Part shown: piece by piece, positions 63,255-64,000 of the stretch
Position numbering within the stretch: position 1 is the first letter of the stretch
Layout: each line of letters begins with the position of its first letter
Source: Piromyces finnis finn
Lineage: Eukaryota; Fungi; Neocallimastigomycota
Length of the DNA stretch: 64,000 nucleotides
Direction: 5' to 3'
Assembly: GCA_002104945.1 (NCBI GenBank)
Contig: MCFH01000048.1
Span: 124,001 to 188,000 of the forward strand
Program-made: the position numbers and the translations under genes
The notes under the pieces: model-generated
Seen by the model: the letters and a program-made list of their open reading frames with translations, nothing else
Database searches by the model: none
What the model was told of the DNA's origin: nothing

Positions 63255-63804
63255 TGATACAATATTTTCATAAAGTACCACAAAATAATTTATTTATTTT
63301 AGGACAAAGCAAATAGGGAATTATAAAATAATATATTCTAATAAAAGAAGTTAATAATAACAATTTCAATACTTTTAATAAATAAAATAGAAAGAAAGAA
63401 ACATGTAATTTATATAATATTTTTGTTATATCTTCAATCTTTATTTATAATTAATGAATGAAAGGTTTTTACAATTAAAAGAATAAGAATAATTTATATT
63501 TAATAACAAATAATATAACCTAATAGAATTATTTAACTCCTTTAAATAATTCTCTTCCAAAATATTCTTCTTCACTAATTATTCCCTCCTTTTTTTTTTT
63601 CTTTGTTCTTTTTATACTATTTTTATATCATTTTTCCTATAACTCCGCTATATTATTAGAATTATTATTACTATTATTGACTATGTACATTAATGTACAT
63701 TAATAATTTATTCTACAATATTATATTATTACTATTTTCTAACCTAAATTACTTTTTACCTAGAATTTATGCTAATTTCTTATTTTTATAGAGGTAACGT
63801 ATCA
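63255..63804. repeat. LTR L (TGAT..ATCA), possibly the 3' LTR of a minus-strand element that leaves the window
   Basis: TGATACAA..ACGTATCA. Adjacent minus-strand purine run AAGTGAGGGCG resembles a PPT. Confidence 0.55.
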
Positions 63805-64000
63805 AAACGCCCTCACTTAGTCTAGACTTCGTCCCTTGAAGTCTTAAACTTACCGTTTACATTTTAAATAAATTACTAATAGTTGTATTGATATTACCTA
63901 GATTATAATTATTAATTTTTGTTATAAAATAATGTCCTAATAAATGAAAAAAAATTTATATTTTTTTTTTATTTTTATTATTTAAATCTAAAATATTATA

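Noticed and set aside
63805-63860. Unknown Pol III RNA as the anchor of the last LTR stack
   Set aside because: Only a 6-bp hairpin and no A/B boxes. A PPT plus 3' UTR of a minus-strand element explains it more simply.

Overview
Extremely AT-rich eukaryotic DNA; the composition and element types suggest an anaerobic gut fungus (Neocallimastigomycota), which is an inference. I found no host protein-coding gene. The window is a nest of LTR retrotransposons built around six tRNA genes: two Ser(GCT)-Met(CAT) tandem pairs, Trp(CCA) and Arg(TCT). Coding elements are three Ty3/Gypsy chromovirus-like families (my labels A, B, C), one Ty1/Copia, one apparently young non-autonomous gag-protease-only element (E) and one decayed Gypsy pol relic. 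About 25 solo or fragmentary LTRs fill the rest (labels D1, D2, F-N). Most junctions can be read from target-site duplications (TSDs), and some from empty-site paralogues in the window. Main signals: (1) several LTR families with TGAT..ATCA termini and 4-bp TSDs pile up 14-16 nt upstream of tRNA genes; (2) a second insertion window 65-67 nt upstream of tRNAs is used by other families; (3) families A, B and C have Tf1-type self-priming sites, not tRNA PBSs; (4) the Copia PBS matches the tRNA-Lys(CTT) anticodon arm (half-tRNA priming); (5) element E keeps a -1 frameshift cassette for gag-protease but has no RT or integrase. Family letters are my own labels. LTR identity statements come from reading by eye, not from computed alignments.
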